DNA of 11,421 bases, taken from positions 1-11,421 of the forward strand of contig JANQHR010000025.1 of assembly GCA_028282585.1 (NCBI GenBank), read 5' to 3'. The notes below the pieces were generated by a model. That model made no database searches, was not told the origin of the DNA, and was given only the letters and a program-made list of their open reading frames with translations. The position numbers and the translations under genes were made by a program. Shown here one piece after another: positions 8,966-11,421 of the stretch. Origin of the DNA: Bacteroidales bacterium. Lineage in GTDB: Bacteria > Bacteroidota > Bacteroidia > Bacteroidales > UBA12077. Each line of letters starts with the position of its first letter. The first letter of the stretch is position 1.

Positions 8966-10003
8966 CTAATCTTCATCGCTTGTTGATAAAGTCCAAATTT
9001 GCTTTAAAGGAATTCTTAATTTAATATCTTCATTTAGCTTCTCATAATTTGCCAATAATTCTTTTATAATATCTTGTTGGTCCCATAATCTAACCTTAAA
9101 AAACTGGTTAGCCCGTTCTTGTTCTACCGTTCTTTTAAAACCATTCCAAGATGCCAATAATCCATATTCAGCTCCAAAATTTTGCATTACTCCAACTAGC
9201 TGGTCTAGTGTTGGCCTATCTACCGGTGTTATACCCGACTTAACTTGTACACAAATTTTAGGGCTACCAAAGCCTAATTGTCCGGGAGCTGCAATAATGT
9301 CAAGCCCTTTGTCCGGGCCAACTTGTGTTTTGAAGGTAGTATACCCTTTTGCTTTTAGTATTGCTTCAATCAATACTTCCATTTCATGCTCCCTGAATTG
9401 GTCAATAATATGTTTTGCAATCTGGTCAGTTGCAACAATTTCTAAATCACTTTCAAAAGTGCTTTCATTGTCAGCTTCATCTTTTTCCTCGATTTCTTCA
9501 ACTTCTTTTTTAGGTACAACCCATTTATTTTTTGACATTTCTTTAATTCTTTCTTCAGCATTATTTCTTGATATTTTACAAACCGTCATAAATGCTCCTA
9601 ATGAATACAAAATGTCCTGGTCAAAATTAGAACGAGGTATATCCGTAGCAAACCAATCAACTTCTCGGTAATGAAAAAAAGGGTCTTCACCCTTCTTTAC
9701 ATATTTATATTCTCCTTTTATCTCTCCAATATGAATCGCTGATTTCAATTTACTAGGCAAAACAACCCAATCTCCCTTATTTATTCTTTTTGCGATTGGC
9801 CAAATTTGCCCGGTCCAATTTCTAATTGTATTCTTTTTTGCATCACTATAAAAATCAAGTAAAAACCTATATAATTCCGTTTGAGTTTTAAAAGAACTCA
9901 GATTAACATCTAAGCCCTCCCATGTTAAATAAATTTTCGATTCTTCTAGAAACTTAGTTTCATAACCACCAAATTTTCCTGCTCTAAATAACCAAATAGC
10001 CAT
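8966..10003 (-). CDS. Mrr-cat family restriction endonuclease (COG4127-like, putative modification-dependent type IV)
   Basis: 345 aa. C-terminal Mrr-like catalytic pattern E..LI.AIL...GY...GPDKGLDIIA...ICVQVKS (D-x-QxK). N-terminal W.FRAG...GDWVVLP...IHIGEI...H.R.V.W domain, joined by an acidic linker. Confidence 0.85.
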   Translation of the reverse strand: MAIWLFRAGKFGGYETKFLEESKIYLTWEGLDVNLSSFKTQTELYRFLLDFYSDAKKNTIRNWTGQIWPIAKRINKGDWVVLPSKLKSAIHIGEIKGEYKYVKKGEDPFFHYREVDWFATDIPRSNFDQDILYSLGAFMTVCKISRNNAEERIKEMSKNKWVVPKKEVEEIEEKDEADNESTFESDLEIVATDQIAKHIIDQFREHEMEVLIEAILKAKGYTTFKTQVGPDKGLDIIAAPGQLGFGSPKICVQVKSGITPVDRPTLDQLVGVMQNFGAEYGLLASWNGFKRTVEQERANQFFKVRLWDQQDIIKELLANYEKLNEDIKLRIPLKQIWTLSTSDED

Positions 10004-10243
10004 AATGAATAATTTAAATAATTAAATTAATTTATTTCTCCAATTCGTAATCCCAAAATGTACGTTCTAATCGGAAAGTAAGTATGAAAGTAATAATAAT
10101 TAATAAGACTACAAAGGCTTAATTATAAATAATTTAAGATATAATTGTCTGAAATTTTAAATCAAAGCCAACTTTGTATTTTTTAACTCCTGCTTGACAT
10201 TTAATTTTTATTCTAGAAGCAGGATTAAACTTTTATAAGATAT

Positions 10244-10480
10244 TCAATCATTTAAGGAATCAAATTCTTTTAAAAGATCAGGCAAATTTGTTTCAAAAGC
10301 TTCAGACAATAAATAACACCAATATAGAGTAGGTGAGATTTCTCCTCGCTCAAGCCTTGATATGTTTTGGAAATTATTACCCAGTTTTTCAGCTAAATCA
10401 GCCTGAGTCCAATTTCTTTCAATCCTTTTTTGTCGAATAAAATTCCCTATTCTTTTGTTGAAGTCTTCTTTTTGTAACAT
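10244..10480 (-). CDS. XRE/Cro-C1 family HTH transcriptional regulator, controller (C) protein-like
   Basis: 78 aa: IGNFIRQKRIERNWTQADLAEKLG...ISRLERGEISPTL is a typical HTH_3 signature. Confidence 0.9.
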   Translation of the reverse strand: MLQKEDFNKRIGNFIRQKRIERNWTQADLAEKLGNNFQNISRLERGEISPTLYWCYLLSEAFETNLPDLLKEFDSLND

Positions 10481-10504
10481 AGTTCACAAACTCACAAAAA
10501 AAAT

Positions 10505-10512
10505 CAAATTTA
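10505..10512 (-). promoter_or_regulatory. Putative Bacteroidota sigma-A -7 element for the HTH gene
   Basis: Minus strand TAAATTTG matches TAnnTTTG, about 25 nt upstream of the HTH ATG. Confidence 0.55.
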
Positions 10513-10515
10513 TTA

Positions 10516-10531
10516 TAACCGTATACGGTTA
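10516..10531. promoter_or_regulatory. 16-bp perfect palindrome, candidate operator of the XRE protein
   Basis: TAACCGTA|TACGGTTA lies between two divergent TAnnTTTG elements. Confidence 0.65.
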
Positions 10532-10540
10532 GTTTTTTTA

Positions 10541-10548
10541 TATATTTG
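10541..10548 (+). promoter_or_regulatory. Putative Bacteroidota -7 element for rightward transcription
   Basis: TATATTTG matches TAnnTTTG, about 45 nt upstream of the ATG at 10592. Confidence 0.55.
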
Positions 10549-10591
10549 TATTATCAAATAAGCCTATAGTTATTGTAATAAGACATTTAAT

Positions 10592-10726
10592 ATGAAAACA
10601 CTAGTATTACTTTTATTATTAATTCCGGCTAACCTAACTTCTTCAGAAACAATGGAGTTCAACATGCTTAATATCGTGGAATATGCTCATCCTTTATACA
10701 TGCCCAATGGAACATGTAAAGAATGA
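10592..10726 (+). CDS. Putative small secreted or membrane peptide (44 aa)
   Basis: Hand translation MKTLVLLLLLIPANLTSSETMEFNMLNIVEYAHPLYMPNGTCKE*. The MK plus hydrophobic stretch resembles a signal peptide. It is the first ATG after the + strand promoter and is too short for the ORF track. Confidence 0.35.
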   Translation: MKTLVLLLLLIPANLTSSETMEFNMLNIVEYAHPLYMPNGTCKE

Positions 10727-11093
10727 TTTTAGTGGTAAAACAATGCTAATTGTCGAGGATTGCGAATTAAGTTACCAGCTACTAAAGGAGATTCTTGAGG
10801 AAACAGGTATAAACATCCTGCATGCTACTAATGGGCATGACGCCCTAAAGCTTTGCATTCAACATGATGATATTGATATTGTGCTTATGGATATTAAAAT
10901 ACCCGGAATGAACGGACTGAAAACTACTCAAAGAATAAAATTGATACGCCCCGATTTGCCCATATTGGCCCAAACCGCTTCGGTTTATCCGGAAATAATG
11001 CATCAATGCGAGCAAGCTGGCTGTGTAGAATTTATTGAGAAACCTATTTTTACTTATAAATTAATGAATGCTTTAAGGAAGTGGCTTTTGTAA
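10707..11093 (+). CDS. Stand-alone response regulator receiver (CheY-like) protein
   Basis: Acidic pocket LIVED, phospho-acceptor VLMDIKIPGMNG, conserved Thr in AQTAS and Lys in EKP; no output domain. Start at 10707 (MEHVKNDFSGK) is preferred, 10683 is the alternative. Confidence 0.88.
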   Translation: MEHVKNDFSGKTMLIVEDCELSYQLLKEILEETGINILHATNGHDALKLCIQHDDIDIVLMDIKIPGMNGLKTTQRIKLIRPDLPILAQTASVYPEIMHQCEQAGCVEFIEKPIFTYKLMNALRKWLL

Positions 11094-11143
11094 TGCAGTC
11101 GAATAGTTTTTGGAGTGGGTTAAGGAAGTTTGGGTATATACAT

Positions 11144-11312
11144 TTACTTTCTTTGTCATTACCACAAAGAAAGTAACAAAGAAAACGCTAGGACGGCATC
11201 GCCTTGATAAGAAAATCTACGGTTTGTTCGTTAAAACTTTTGATCGTACTCTGCACCAAAAGTTTTTTAACACTCACTTCCCTTGATTTTTAATTCAATC
11301 CGCTGATGTCCT
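11144..11312. repeat. Multi-hairpin intergenic element (REP/MITE-like or structured RNA)
   Basis: A 13-bp perfect stem TTACTTTCTTTGT-N7-ACAAAGAAAGTAA (11144-11176) is followed by a second CAAAGAAA. Nested imperfect inverted repeats follow: 11190-11201/11301-11312, 11204-11217/11285-11298, 11230-11242/11257-11271. Confidence 0.55.
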
Positions 11313-11421
11313 TTATTCATGACTTTTGGCATGTTTGTAAATATTTAACTAAACAACACTGTATTTCAAAACTTGAGGGTTGCTGTTGTACAATTTACAA
11401 ATTGTTACCTAAATAGTGAAG

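Noticed and set aside
7701-9671. ORFs 7701-7922 and 9297-9671
   Set aside because: They are antisense to hsdM and to the Mrr-like gene.
1-11421. CRISPR array, tRNA or rRNA
   Set aside because: I saw no regularly spaced repeats or RNA gene signatures in the short intergenic regions.

Overview
An AT-rich (roughly 30% GC), probably Bacteroidota, defence locus; the taxon is inferred from TAnnTTTG promoter elements and A-rich starts with no obvious Shine-Dalgarno. In transcription order the minus strand carries an XRE/C-protein-like HTH regulator, an Mrr-cat family endonuclease, hsdM, hsdS, an HUH/Y1 (RAYT-like) tyrosine transposase, hsdR and a UPF1/DNA2-like SF1 helicase with a long coiled-coil insert, then an intrinsic terminator. 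The most notable feature is the RAYT-like gene. It sits between hsdS and hsdR with no room for IS ends, overlaps hsdR by ATGA, and carries a perfect 38-bp GTAG...CTAC REP-like palindrome in frame within its own coding sequence. On the right, divergent promoters flank a 16-bp palindromic operator candidate. These are followed on the + strand by an unlisted 44-codon ORF with a signal-peptide-like start, a stand-alone receiver-domain protein and a ~170-bp multi-hairpin element.
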